A stretch of 32,750 nucleotides of DNA from a bacterium (lineage in GTDB: Bacteria > Hydrothermota > 32-111): the NCBI GenBank assembly GCA_050239825.1, contig JBFXGO010000024.1:2783-35532 (forward strand), given 5' to 3'. The first letter of the stretch is position 1, and the number at the start of each line of letters is the position of its first letter. Position numbers and translations under genes: made by a program. Below are positions 17,825 through 27,511 of the stretch, piece by piece. The notes beneath the pieces are model-generated. The model ran no database searches. It worked only from the letters and a program-made list of their open reading frames with translations, and was not told the origin of the DNA.

Positions 17825-19069
17825 TTACCAAGCAAACATTTTGAAAGATGATGTGAATTCCTTCACTTCCTCTTTGACTTTATTTATTTCTTGCTCATTT
17901 TCGATATTCACAATAACTCTGTCGATGAATGAAGCTATCTTCTCCATCTCTCTCTCTTTCATTCCTCTTGTTGTCATTGCAGGGGTGCCGAGCCGTATTC
18001 CCGACGCGACAAAAGGCTTCTCAGGGTCAAACGGAATAGTGTTCTTATTCACCGTAATTCCCGCCTTATCCAACGCCTTTTCCGCCGCTTTTCCTGTAAC
18101 CTTTTTTGGCCTCAAATCTACTAGCATAAGATGAGTGTCAGTGCCATTTGACACAAGACGGTATCCAAGCTTCACGAGAGAGTCGGCCAATGCCTGCGCA
18201 TTCTTTAAGACCTGCTTCTGATAATCTACAAATGAGGGTTTAAGCGCTTCATTGAATGCAACTGCTTTGGCGGCAATGACATGCATCAGCGGTCCGCCCT
18301 GTATTCCGGGAAAGAGAGCTTTGTCAACATCGGCTGAATACTGCTGTTTGCAGAGAACCATTCCTCCCCGCGGACCCCTTAGAGTCTTATGAGTAGTTGT
18401 AGTAACTATATCCGCGTATGGAACAGGAGAAGGGTGGACTCCTGCGGCTACGAGACCTGCTATATGGGCAATATCTACAACCATCTTCGCGCCGACTTCA
18501 TCGCATATCTCTCTGAACTTTGCAAAATCAAGGGTGCGGGGATACGCTGAGGCTCCGGTGATTATCATCTTGGGTTTATGCTCCTTTGCCATCTCTTTCA
18601 GCCTTGAATAATCAATAACTTCTGTCTCTTTTTCAACTCCGTAGTGAACCGCCTTGTACAGCATTCCGGAAAAGCTTATCGGATGTCCGTGGGTGAGATG
18701 CCCGCCATGAGACAGATCGAGCCCGAAGAATGTCTCTCCCGGTTTCAAAAATGAAAAGTAAGCCACCATATTCGCCTGTGAACCGCAATGCGGCTGTACA
18801 TTAGCATGGTCTGCCTTGAACAGCATCTTCGCCCTGTCGCGCGCCAGATTCTCCGCCACATCCACAAACTCACAGCCTCCGTAGTATCTCTTCGCTGGAT
18901 ACCCTTCTGCATATTTATTTGTCATAATGCTTCCAAGCGCCTCAAGAACACTTTCGGATACGAAATTCTCCGATGCAATAAGCTCGAGCTTCTCTTTCTG
19001 CCGAAGCTCCTCGCTTGATATTGCGTCAAAGATCTCTTTATCCTCTCTCTTTAAAATCTCTTTGTCCAT
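17825..19069 (-). CDS. glyA: Serine hydroxymethyltransferase
   Basis: [43 protein letters not shown]. Confidence 0.98.
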   Translation of the reverse strand: MDKEILKREDKEIFDAISSEELRQKEKLELIASENFVSESVLEALGSIMTNKYAEGYPAKRYYGGCEFVDVAENLARDRAKMLFKADHANVQPHCGSQANMVAYFSFLKPGETFFGLDLSHGGHLTHGHPISFSGMLYKAVHYGVEKETEVIDYSRLKEMAKEHKPKMIITGASAYPRTLDFAKFREICDEVGAKMVVDIAHIAGLVAAGVHPSPVPYADIVTTTTHKTLRGPRGGMVLCKQQYSADVDKALFPGIQGGPLMHVIAAKAVAFNEALKPSFVDYQKQVLKNAQALADSLVKLGYRLVSNGTDTHLMLVDLRPKKVTGKAAEKALDKAGITVNKNTIPFDPEKPFVASGIRLGTPAMTTRGMKEREMEKIASFIDRVIVNIENEQEINKVKEEVKEFTSSFKMFAW

Positions 19070-19077
19070 AATTACTC

Positions 19078-20100
19078 CTATTCTTTATTTTTATTAACCA
19101 GTTCTATCGACTGTGTCGGATATGCAAATTCAATCTTTTCAGAATCAAACGACTGCTTTACCCTGTAATGGAAATCTTCCTTTATATTTCCCGACTTGCT
19201 TGAATCGGATATCATAAAAGAAACATAAAGGTTCATCGCATATGTGTCGAATTTGTAAAATCCAACAGAAATTGATTTCTTGTCGGTTATAAGCTGGTTT
19301 TGTTCAAGAATTCCGTTTACAAGCTCCGAAGCCTTTCTCACCTTTTCAGCCGATGCAGAATATTTTAGCGGTATTACATATGTCTGCACTACGCCCCTTT
19401 CATTTGAATGATTGATTATTGTCGATTTTACAATCTGATTGTTCGGCATTATTATGGTTTTTCCGTCAAGCCGCTTTATTCTGGTTGTTCTCATTCCTAT
19501 TTCATCAATGTATCCTGAATGCGAATCAATTTCCACAAAATCACCCGGCTTTATTATGCCTGAGATAAAGATTGTTATACCTCCGAAAATATTAGCGAGA
19601 ATCTCCTGAGCTCCAAGAGCGACGGCAAGGCCTCCTATGCCCAAACCTGTCACTATTGAGAATATGTTGAAACCCATTATGTTCAGAACCATTGAAAGGG
19701 CTACAACTGCAAAGAAGATGAAAGAAACCTTTTTGAGAAGATTTACAACCTGTCTTGAAAGAAGAATGCTCTCTTTCACATGCTTCATTCCGTATATTCT
19801 CTCAATAAAAATATATGAAAGCTTTATAAAAAACCAAGTGAATGATAATACATACATTATCTTTGCGCCGGTAAAGACAAAATGGTAAACATCGGTAGAA
19901 ATGTCAAAAAACTGGCTTCCGATGTGAATTGCAATTGAAACAACAAGCATGATGCCTATTGATTTCATCCTTCTGAAAATTCTGCCTTTGAATTTTTTAC
20001 AGAGAAAGAATATTCCGAATGAGATGATTATCCCTGAAAAGAGAACAAGCAGAAACAACAGGTATGATGATATAGTGTTGTCGAGGAATATTTTATCCAA
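19078..20100 (-). CDS. Small-conductance mechanosensitive channel (MscS family)
   Basis: [48 protein letters not shown]. Likely TTG start at 20100 behind AGGAGG. Confidence 0.92.
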   Translation of the reverse strand: MDKIFLDNTISSYLLFLLVLFSGIIISFGIFFLCKKFKGRIFRRMKSIGIMLVVSIAIHIGSQFFDISTDVYHFVFTGAKIMYVLSFTWFFIKLSYIFIERIYGMKHVKESILLSRQVVNLLKKVSFIFFAVVALSMVLNIMGFNIFSIVTGLGIGGLAVALGAQEILANIFGGITIFISGIIKPGDFVEIDSHSGYIDEIGMRTTRIKRLDGKTIIMPNNQIVKSTIINHSNERGVVQTYVIPLKYSASAEKVRKASELVNGILEQNQLITDKKSISVGFYKFDTYAMNLYVSFMISDSSKSGNIKEDFHYRVKQSFDSEKIEFAYPTQSIELVNKNKE

Positions 20101-21292
20101 TATTCCTCCTGTTGTACTCCTCAATTCCCTTGGCAAGAATCTCAATCGCATCTTTCAGGTCTGTCTTGTTAAGCACATAAGCTATTCTGATTTCGTCGAT
20201 TCCCATTCCTTCTGTCGCGTAGAATCCGTTTGCCGGCGCCACCATAACAGTCTTGCCATCTATTTGAAAATCAGTGAGCATCCATTTTGCAAAATTGTCC
20301 GCATTATCAACTGGAAGCTTGACTACAACATAGAATGCGCCCTCTGGTTTTCTAGTGAAGATGCCTTTTACTTTCTTCAGATTTTCATACACCACATCTC
20401 TTCTTTCTTGATACTCATTTATCATAGAATCCATAAATGTTTTCATGTGCTTATATCCTTCTATCATTCCTATCTGCTCGATTGTAGGCGGGCAGAGCCT
20501 CGCCTGACCAAGCTTGAGAACACCCTTCATTATTTCGGGATTCTTCGAAACAAGATATCCTATTCTCGCTCCACAGGCGGAAAATCTCTTTGATATGGAG
20601 TCCATCATTATGGATATCTCTCTGGCATCCTCTATTTCGAGAATTGAAGTGTGCTTTTTTCCGTCAAAAACAAATTCTCTGTAGACTTCATCCGAGAGTA
20701 TATATAGATTATGCTTTTTTGCCACCCTTACGACCATCTCCATCTCTTTTCTCGTAAAAATTGTGCCTGTGGGATTGTTCGGAGAGCAGACAAGTATCGC
20801 CTTTGTCTTTTTAGTTATAACCTTTTCGAATTCAACTTCATCGGGAAGATGAAAACCATCTTCAACTTTTGTCGTCAGAGGAACGACTTTTACACCTGCC
20901 ATTGTGGCGAATCCGTTGTAATTCGTGTAGAACGGCTCCGGTATCACTATCTCATCCCCTTCATCAGCCACAACCATCATCGCAAATATTATAGCCTCTG
21001 AACCGCCTGTGGTGATAAAGACATCTTTCTGGTCGATATCGTATCTCATTGAGTTAAGATATTCTGCAACCGTGTCGCGCGCCACTTTGAGCCCCTGAGA
21101 AGGTCCGTATGCAAGCACATGCTCCGAGTAGTTTTTTATCGCATCATAGATAAAACTCGGAGTCGCTATGTCGGGCTGTCCGATATTAAGGTGGTAGACT
21201 TTGAGCCCTCTGCTCTTTGCATCATCAGAGTATGATAGTAGCTTCCTTATGGGCGACTCCTGCATTGAATTAACTCTTTTTGATATCTTCAT
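20093..21292 (-). CDS. PLP-dependent class I/II aminotransferase (AspC-like)
   Basis: LNIGQPD, TTGGSEA, SPNNPTG, SDEVY, DSISKRFSACGARIG. Confidence 0.93.
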   Translation of the reverse strand: MKISKRVNSMQESPIRKLLSYSDDAKSRGLKVYHLNIGQPDIATPSFIYDAIKNYSEHVLAYGPSQGLKVARDTVAEYLNSMRYDIDQKDVFITTGGSEAIIFAMMVVADEGDEIVIPEPFYTNYNGFATMAGVKVVPLTTKVEDGFHLPDEVEFEKVITKKTKAILVCSPNNPTGTIFTRKEMEMVVRVAKKHNLYILSDEVYREFVFDGKKHTSILEIEDAREISIMMDSISKRFSACGARIGYLVSKNPEIMKGVLKLGQARLCPPTIEQIGMIEGYKHMKTFMDSMINEYQERRDVVYENLKKVKGIFTRKPEGAFYVVVKLPVDNADNFAKWMLTDFQIDGKTVMVAPANGFYATEGMGIDEIRIAYVLNKTDLKDAIEILAKGIEEYNRRNIG

Positions 21293-21494
21293 TCAATTCC
21301 TCCATTTTGTTTTTTCTCTCTGCTCCGAGTTTTTTTATCTCATCAAGAACCTCTTCTTTTCTGAGAATATTCTTTCTTTCAAGAACATTTACCAGAGCCT
21401 CTATTGAGAGAGCATTTGTATAAAACATCTGAGACGGAGAGAGTTCGATTTTCATGAATTTTCCGTCACTCTTTGTCTTCTTCTTGAACAGCAT
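21270..21494 (-). CDS. Small hypothetical protein
   Basis: 74 aa, SD GAGGT, fills the operon gap. Helical motif EALVNVLERKNILRKEEVLDEIKKL. Confidence 0.75.
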   Translation of the reverse strand: MLFKKKTKSDGKFMKIELSPSQMFYTNALSIEALVNVLERKNILRKEEVLDEIKKLGAERKNKMEELNEDIKKS

Positions 21495-21496
21495 TT

Positions 21497-21814
21497 TTAC
21501 CTCACTATTAAAATTCCAAGTATGATTCCGGCAAAATCGTATATAAGGTCCTTGTATGAAACAGTGCCCTCCTTTGACAGCCCGTCGTAAGCCTCCTTGG
21601 CAAATGACAAGAAGACAGGAATTGCAACTGCCGCGGTTATCCTCTTCGCTTCGCTCTCGTCATCATCCATAATATTTGTAACGGCAAGAGATGTGGATAG
21701 AGTCATCACAAGAGCAGTCATGAAATGGTCTGCCTTGTCTCGCGAGAAGAACGGGTCTGCATGGGAAAAGAGAAAGGCTGTCAGAACAATCGTTACTATA
21801 AGCAGTTTACGCAT
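21497..21814 (-). CDS. YfiM/DUF2279-like small membrane protein
   Basis: DKADHF...KEAYD...SYKDLIYDFAG motif pattern; signal-like N-terminus. Confidence 0.75.
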   Translation of the reverse strand: MRKLLIVTIVLTAFLFSHADPFFSRDKADHFMTALVMTLSTSLAVTNIMDDDESEAKRITAAVAIPVFLSFAKEAYDGLSKEGTVSYKDLIYDFAGIILGILIVR

Positions 21815-22740
21815 TTTTCAGGTCTCCTTCCGTCTACAAGTACGCTCTTTACCGATTCAATGCATATAAGAGCCATTTGCTTTCTTGTCTCTTCAGTTGC
21901 GCTTCCCATGTGAGGCGCAAGGACAATATTGCTTAGATTCAAAAGTCTCGCATTTATCTCCGGTTCAAATTCATAAACATCCAGACCTGCGCCGCGGATG
22001 ATTCTCTTCTCAAGGGCTTCCGCTAGGTCATTTTCTTTTATTAAGCCCCCTCGGGCAGTATTTACAATTATTGCATTTCTCTTCATTTTTTTAAATTCAT
22101 TTATCGTAAACGAGTGTTTGTTTGATTGATTCAATGATGCATTCAGGGATATGTAATCTGATTCTCTCAGAAGAGTCTCAAAATCGACTCTCTTTGCCTT
22201 TTCCGAATGCCTCTCCTCAGGGTCGCAGTAAATAACATCCATGGAAAATCCGCAGGCTCTCCTTGCTACAGCCTGTCCGATTCTTCCAAATCCGAATATA
22301 CCCAGAACTTTACCGTTCATGTCGCTTCCGAGCATTTCATCAGGTCTCCATCCTTTGAAGTTTCCGGACCTGACATATCTGTCAGCCTCAGAAATTCTTC
22401 TTGCGCTGGAAATCAGAAGGGCAAATGCAAGGTCTGCAGTAGCATCAGTCAGAACATCCGGCGTATTCGTAACTGCAATATTCTTTGTCTTTGCGTATGA
22501 GATGTCGATATTGTCGTAACCCACAGCATAATTTGCTATAATCTTCAGTTTGGGCGCCGAATCAATAACATCCTTGTCGATTTTGTCCCTAAGCAGGCAA
22601 ATCAATCCGTCCTTATCCTTCAAAGAATCAATTATTTCGCCTTTAAGCATCTCTCCGTCGCCTATTTCAACTTCAATCCCCGAATTTTTCAGAAGACTGC
22701 CTATATCAATCGGGAGTTCTGTTGTTGAGAGAATCCTCAT
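21796..22740 (-). CDS. D-2-hydroxyacid dehydrogenase (D-glycerate dehydrogenase/glyoxylate reductase, GyaR-like)
   Basis: ANYAVGYDNID, NTPDVLTDATAD, GFGRIG, NTARG, DVYEFEP, PHMGSAT. No ACT domain. Confidence 0.92.
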   Translation of the reverse strand: MRILSTTELPIDIGSLLKNSGIEVEIGDGEMLKGEIIDSLKDKDGLICLLRDKIDKDVIDSAPKLKIIANYAVGYDNIDISYAKTKNIAVTNTPDVLTDATADLAFALLISSARRISEADRYVRSGNFKGWRPDEMLGSDMNGKVLGIFGFGRIGQAVARRACGFSMDVIYCDPEERHSEKAKRVDFETLLRESDYISLNASLNQSNKHSFTINEFKKMKRNAIIVNTARGGLIKENDLAEALEKRIIRGAGLDVYEFEPEINARLLNLSNIVLAPHMGSATEETRKQMALICIESVKSVLVDGRRPEKCVNCL

Positions 22741-23282
22741 AATCCCAATTCTCCAGCTATTGATTTCATTGATTCAACACAGATTCCTATGAACTCATCA
22801 AGCTCTACTCCGGTATTCGAAATTGCCGATATCTGGTCTCTGTTTGCTCCCGCCGCAAAACGCCTCTCCTTAAATCTTCTCATTATAAATTTAGTGTCAG
22901 CATAGGAAATCTTCTTCTCCGGATGCATCAGAACCGCCGCAACGATTAACCCTGTCAGAGGATCGACCGAGTACAGAGATTTTTCCATTAGCGTCTCAAG
23001 AGTCTTGTGGCCCGGATGCGCCAGAATCGCATCAAGAATATCCTTCTCTACGCCCATCTCCTTTAGCATCTCCACTGTGACAAATCCGTGGCGCGAAGGG
23101 TCATTTACAGTCTCCGGATAGTCAAGGTCATGTAGAAGACCCGCCATTCCCCATCTATCTTCATCCTCTTTGAATCGTCTTGCCATTCCGCGCATACACG
23201 CTTCACAGGCGAGCATATGCTTTATCAAATTTTTGTTTTCAACTCTCTTTTTCACAAGAGAGAGAGCATCATCTCTGTTCAT
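22737..23282 (-). CDS. HD/HDIG-domain metal-dependent phosphohydrolase
   Basis: NLIKHML, GLLHDLDY, HG, AILAH, DPLTGLI, FAAGANRD. Confidence 0.88.
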   Translation of the reverse strand: MNRDDALSLVKKRVENKNLIKHMLACEACMRGMARRFKEDEDRWGMAGLLHDLDYPETVNDPSRHGFVTVEMLKEMGVEKDILDAILAHPGHKTLETLMEKSLYSVDPLTGLIVAAVLMHPEKKISYADTKFIMRRFKERRFAAGANRDQISAISNTGVELDEFIGICVESMKSIAGELGL

Positions 23283-24663
23283 TCATTCTCCTTGAAAGTG
23301 TTTTCCTCAAATCTTCCATCTCGATATTGCTGTTTTTTACGAACTCCTCCGCCAGTGAATCCATTCCTTCAAATTCAATATTTTCTTCGTAAGCCGCAAT
23401 CAATGCTTTATATCCTGTTACGGTGTATATCTCTTTCTCGCAGAGATTCTTAATGATTTCACCTGCTGATTCAAAAAAACCACCGCTTTTCAGAGCGCGC
23501 GCAAAGATCATCTTTGATGTGTTTGATGCGGTTTCAAAAACACCCGCCTCCTTTACATCTTCAAATATCTCTATTATTTTGCCTCTCTCATTCTTAAATC
23601 TCAGCTCATTGAGATATATATCCATGGTCTTTCTGGCAAGGTCATTTTCTTTTGTCTTGGCAAGAGATGCAAATAACGGAACAAATGAAGAGAATGTGCG
23701 CTTCTTCTGAAAATTGGAGAGAAGAAGACTCTTCGCTTTTTTGAAATCGTTTTCCATATACGCTTCCACTCCTTTCTGCTCTTCATTGTTCATGCCGAGA
23801 AGATTGGAGGATTCCTCGACTTTCGGTGAAATGAACCTCTCCTCTATTTTAGTTGCGGTCAGAAGAATCGCTGTCACAGCTCCGAATAAAAAACCTCCTA
23901 TGTGCGCAATAAATGCTATGCCGGAGGTTGCATTTGAAGCGCTTTCCACAATCTGCTGCATGAACCATAAGGGAAGACAGAATCCAGCGTATATTGAGAA
24001 TGTTCCGAACAGGGGCTTCACCGGCAAAAACCAGTAGAAAAACTTTATCTTTGTTCTGTATAATTTCACAAGGAAAGCGCCCATCACTCCTGAAATTGCT
24101 CCGGATGCGCCTATCAAAGAGATGTTGGCATCAGAGGAGGATGCAACAAAGAGCAGGGATGAGACGATTCCGGAAAGCAGATAAAATATTAAGTAATTTC
24201 TCCTGCCGTAAATATCCTCAATATTGAAACCGAGAAGAAATAAAAACCAGAGATTTCCTACAAGATGAAATATATCCGAATGAACAAACATTGATGTCAA
24301 AAGAGTTAAGACGGAAAGATTGGATTTGGATACCCCCAGCTTTGAAAATGGGTGGCTTGCGCTTGCCTCGTCCAACGCGGTTTTTGCTTCGATGATTGAC
24401 AGATAGAGAGAATCCCCATCCTCTACTGAAGGATGCTCCATCTCCATTGCCAGTTCTTCGGAATCAAACGAATCCATCCCCTTCATCTCCATATTTTGAG
24501 CAACAAAATTCATATAATCATTATATGCGCCATACAGGTCTGAATTACCTGAATTCACGGAAGACTGCATTGCAAAAAAGACAATGCACATAATAACAAT
24601 AAGCGAGAGAGTGGCGAAGGGCAGGCGCCTGACAGAACCGGTATTTCCGATTGGAATAATCAT
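23269..24663 (-). CDS. Rhomboid family intramembrane serine protease with soluble C-terminal extension
   Basis: SMFVH...HLVGN, GASGA (catalytic Ser), AHIGG (catalytic His). Long helical C-terminal tail. Confidence 0.9.
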   Translation of the reverse strand: MIIPIGNTGSVRRLPFATLSLIVIMCIVFFAMQSSVNSGNSDLYGAYNDYMNFVAQNMEMKGMDSFDSEELAMEMEHPSVEDGDSLYLSIIEAKTALDEASASHPFSKLGVSKSNLSVLTLLTSMFVHSDIFHLVGNLWFLFLLGFNIEDIYGRRNYLIFYLLSGIVSSLLFVASSSDANISLIGASGAISGVMGAFLVKLYRTKIKFFYWFLPVKPLFGTFSIYAGFCLPLWFMQQIVESASNATSGIAFIAHIGGFLFGAVTAILLTATKIEERFISPKVEESSNLLGMNNEEQKGVEAYMENDFKKAKSLLLSNFQKKRTFSSFVPLFASLAKTKENDLARKTMDIYLNELRFKNERGKIIEIFEDVKEAGVFETASNTSKMIFARALKSGGFFESAGEIIKNLCEKEIYTVTGYKALIAAYEENIEFEGMDSLAEEFVKNSNIEMEDLRKTLSRRMNEQR

Positions 24664-25451
24664 TTGACCCTTAAATTTATTCCCGTGATTTTTTGATATT
24701 TATCCATATATTTTAAAACAGAATCCATTCTGTCCTCAGAAGTAAAAATACTGATAAGTCTGTCATAAGCGTCTATTCTCGATGAATCAATCAAAAGCGC
24801 GCTCCTATAGCAATCCTTGCTCTCTTTGCCTCTTTTTGTCGCTCCCAAAAATTCTCCGAGGTTCATCCATCCCTCATAGTAATTCGGATTTATCTTCACG
24901 GCTCTCCTATAAAGCTCTTCCGCCTCATCATTTTTTCCTTCAATCAGACGCATATTCGCCATGAATGTATATCCGTCAGAGAGAGTTGAATCGGCGAATA
25001 CAGCTCTTTCTATGTCCAAATATCCTTGCTTAAGGTCGCCGCTTCTTACTTTTGATTTGCCTATAAGAAGAACCGCCTTTGCATAATTTGGTTTTATTGA
25101 AAAAGCTTTCTCCGCAAGAATCACAGCAGAATCGTACTTGTTTGTTCTGTAAAAAGAAAGGGCGGAATTGTAGTAAGTAAGAGCCGCAAGGTCTTCTATT
25201 GAATCGTAGTTTTTAAAGGATTTAAAATGATTTTCAAGAATCGGCAGAGCAATTTTTGCATCTTCAAGATACTCGTTTGCCGTTAAGAGGGCATCTTTGA
25301 GAAAAGAGAGATCCTTAGTTGAAACATACCCCTCCTTAGCCATTTCAAATGCCTCGTCATACCTTTTCTTTTCAATAAGGGAATCGAAATTCTCCCTTGA
25401 GCATGATGTAAGCAAAACCAAAAGAATCAAAATGCTACATAATTTTTTCAT
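24660..25451 (-). CDS. TPR-repeat lipoprotein
   Basis: Lipobox LLTSC after a hydrophobic stretch; TPR units (A..IKPNYAKA; AVKINPNYYEGWMNLG). Confidence 0.85.
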   Translation of the reverse strand: MKKLCSILILLVLLTSCSRENFDSLIEKKRYDEAFEMAKEGYVSTKDLSFLKDALLTANEYLEDAKIALPILENHFKSFKNYDSIEDLAALTYYNSALSFYRTNKYDSAVILAEKAFSIKPNYAKAVLLIGKSKVRSGDLKQGYLDIERAVFADSTLSDGYTFMANMRLIEGKNDEAEELYRRAVKINPNYYEGWMNLGEFLGATKRGKESKDCYRSALLIDSSRIDAYDRLISIFTSEDRMDSVLKYMDKYQKITGINLRVK

Positions 25452-26481
25452 TGGATTTTCCTTTTATCAGAACTATCGCCTCAAACCTTGCTCCGCTCGT
25501 ATTTGGAATAAAAACAGAGGAGGTTGCCTTTACAATCTGCCCTGCGGCAAACCTGCTTTTTTCGGTAACGGAGTTTATTTCTCCGGTCTCTGCAGGAGCG
25601 AAAAAGGAGACCGCATATTCCAGTGAATTGTCCTTCATCCTGTGTCTTGCGAGATACTCTCTAAATGCAAAGTCGGCATCGGATGGCGTTGAATTTTCAT
25701 TCACAAAAGAGAGAATTACATCCAAACCGTCCTTTGCTGTTCTGAAAATCTTCTCCTTCTCCTTTGAAAGACCTTTAAATTTGATTGATGACGAAAAAGA
25801 GAGCCCCATTCCTTCGTTCATTATACCGGCATCTATAAGCACAATGCTTCCGCTCTTCAGCTTCTCCCCGCTTAATGTGGGATATATCGATTTTGCATCA
25901 AAGCCGATATATGTGGGAAGATATCGCCTGTCGCAGGAGAGAGAGTATATCTCTTCATCAATCAGATTCCTCAATCTGACATCCGACATACCCTCCTCAA
26001 GAGAATTTTCTGCGAATTCAAACAATTTTTTCATCTTCTTCGCAAGAGTTTTTATCTTGGTTATTTCGCTCTCCTCTTTTATTCTTCCAAGGGTCTTTGA
26101 AGGGGATATAAAATGAAATGTAAACACCTCTTTGAAGATCCCATCCAGCGACATGTTTGTCAGTCCGAGTTTTGTTATCTTGTTTTCTGAAAGCACACTC
26201 TTCCACTCTTTTAAAAAGAGTCTGTTATTTTTAAGATACTCGTAAGAGTCAGCCTTTATTGCTATCACACCCTTTGTTTTTGAAATAGAGGAGTAGAGCA
26301 GCTGGTCGCAGATGACATATGCTTTTTTTCTTCCTATCAGCATACTTGCATCATACTCTCCCATATTCATAGACACTTTGAGATTAAGAATGTCATAAAC
26401 TTCCTGAGGATTGTCAATAAGAAGCATCTCATAGTCCTTCAATACTTTTTGAATGAGCTTAATCTTTTTTTCCATAATCAT
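25435..26481 (-). CDS. M24 (aminopeptidase P)-fold protein with degenerate metal-binding site
   Basis: RIKEESEI, LEEGMSD, IVLIDAG and GARFEA align with Xaa-Pro peptidase landmarks; several metal ligands are missing. Confidence 0.75.
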   Translation of the reverse strand: MIMEKKIKLIQKVLKDYEMLLIDNPQEVYDILNLKVSMNMGEYDASMLIGRKKAYVICDQLLYSSISKTKGVIAIKADSYEYLKNNRLFLKEWKSVLSENKITKLGLTNMSLDGIFKEVFTFHFISPSKTLGRIKEESEITKIKTLAKKMKKLFEFAENSLEEGMSDVRLRNLIDEEIYSLSCDRRYLPTYIGFDAKSIYPTLSGEKLKSGSIVLIDAGIMNEGMGLSFSSSIKFKGLSKEKEKIFRTAKDGLDVILSFVNENSTPSDADFAFREYLARHRMKDNSLEYAVSFFAPAETGEINSVTEKSRFAAGQIVKATSSVFIPNTSGARFEAIVLIKGKSNEKIM

Positions 26482-27511
26482 CCACCTCTTGTAAGAGAAC
26501 TTTCAGAGCGTCTTTTTTCTTTCCCTTGAAGATAATCCTATTCTTTTTGAATACAATTGATTCCTCTTTTCCGCCTGTTATACCGAAATCAGCCTCCCTT
26601 GCCTCGCCGGGTCCGTTTACAATGCATCCCATTACCGCAACAGTGATATTTTTGGAACTCTTCTCCAGTTTTTTCTCTAAAAGCTTCTGCACTTCTATCA
26701 CATCAAAAGTAGTTCTTGAACAAGTGGGGCAGGATATGATGTCTGGCGAATTGCTGTTTATGTGTATTGAACGAAGAATCATTTTTGCAACATCAACTTC
26801 ATAAAGCGATGAATCCGAGAGAGAGACCCTGATTGTGTCTCCCACCCCATTCATAAGAAGATTGCCGATCCCTATAGAGTTTTTGACGCTTCCTCTGAGA
26901 AGACCGCCCGCCTCAGTCACTCCAAGATGAATCGGATATTCAAACAACTTCTTTATCAGCATATTCGCTTCTATCATTGAAACCACATCTGATGATTTCA
27001 CGGAGAGTATAATCTGTTCAAACCCCTGCTCCTCAAAAAAGCCAACTGACCTTTTCATAGATTCGGCAAGAGCCTCCTTGGAGGGATGATTGTATTTTTT
27101 AAGCAGGTCCTTTTCGAGAGAACCGCTGTTGACTCCTATCCTTATGGGAACATTTCTCTCCTTTGCGGCTCTTACAATCTCTTTTAGATTGTTTTTCGGC
27201 ATATTCCCGGGATTTATGCGAATCTTATGCGCCCCGAGTTCAATAGCGCTGACTGCGAGTCTATAGTCAAAATGAATGTCTGCAATTATAGGGCATGGGG
27301 AGTTTTCAATTATCCTTTTGAAAGAGTTTTTGCACGAGATTTCAGGATAGGAGACTCTTACAATCTGCGCTCCTCTTTCATAGAGCTGTCTTATCTGTTT
27401 TAGAGTAGATGCGCTGTCGGATGTGTCTGTATTTGTCATTGACTGAATTACAACCGGAAACCCTCCGCCTATGGGAATATTTCCCACATAGACTATTTTT
27501 TTTGAATTCAT
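26459..27511 (-). CDS. ispG: (E)-4-hydroxy-3-methylbut-2-enyl diphosphate synthase
   Basis: IQSMTNT, ADIHFD, RINPGN, HLGVTEAG, GDTIRVSL, SCPTCSR, MGCIVNGPGEA. Confidence 0.97.
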   Translation of the reverse strand: MNSKKIVYVGNIPIGGGFPVVIQSMTNTDTSDSASTLKQIRQLYERGAQIVRVSYPEISCKNSFKRIIENSPCPIIADIHFDYRLAVSAIELGAHKIRINPGNMPKNNLKEIVRAAKERNVPIRIGVNSGSLEKDLLKKYNHPSKEALAESMKRSVGFFEEQGFEQIILSVKSSDVVSMIEANMLIKKLFEYPIHLGVTEAGGLLRGSVKNSIGIGNLLMNGVGDTIRVSLSDSSLYEVDVAKMILRSIHINSNSPDIISCPTCSRTTFDVIEVQKLLEKKLEKSSKNITVAVMGCIVNGPGEAREADFGITGGKEESIVFKKNRIIFKGKKKDALKVLLQEVDDYGKKD

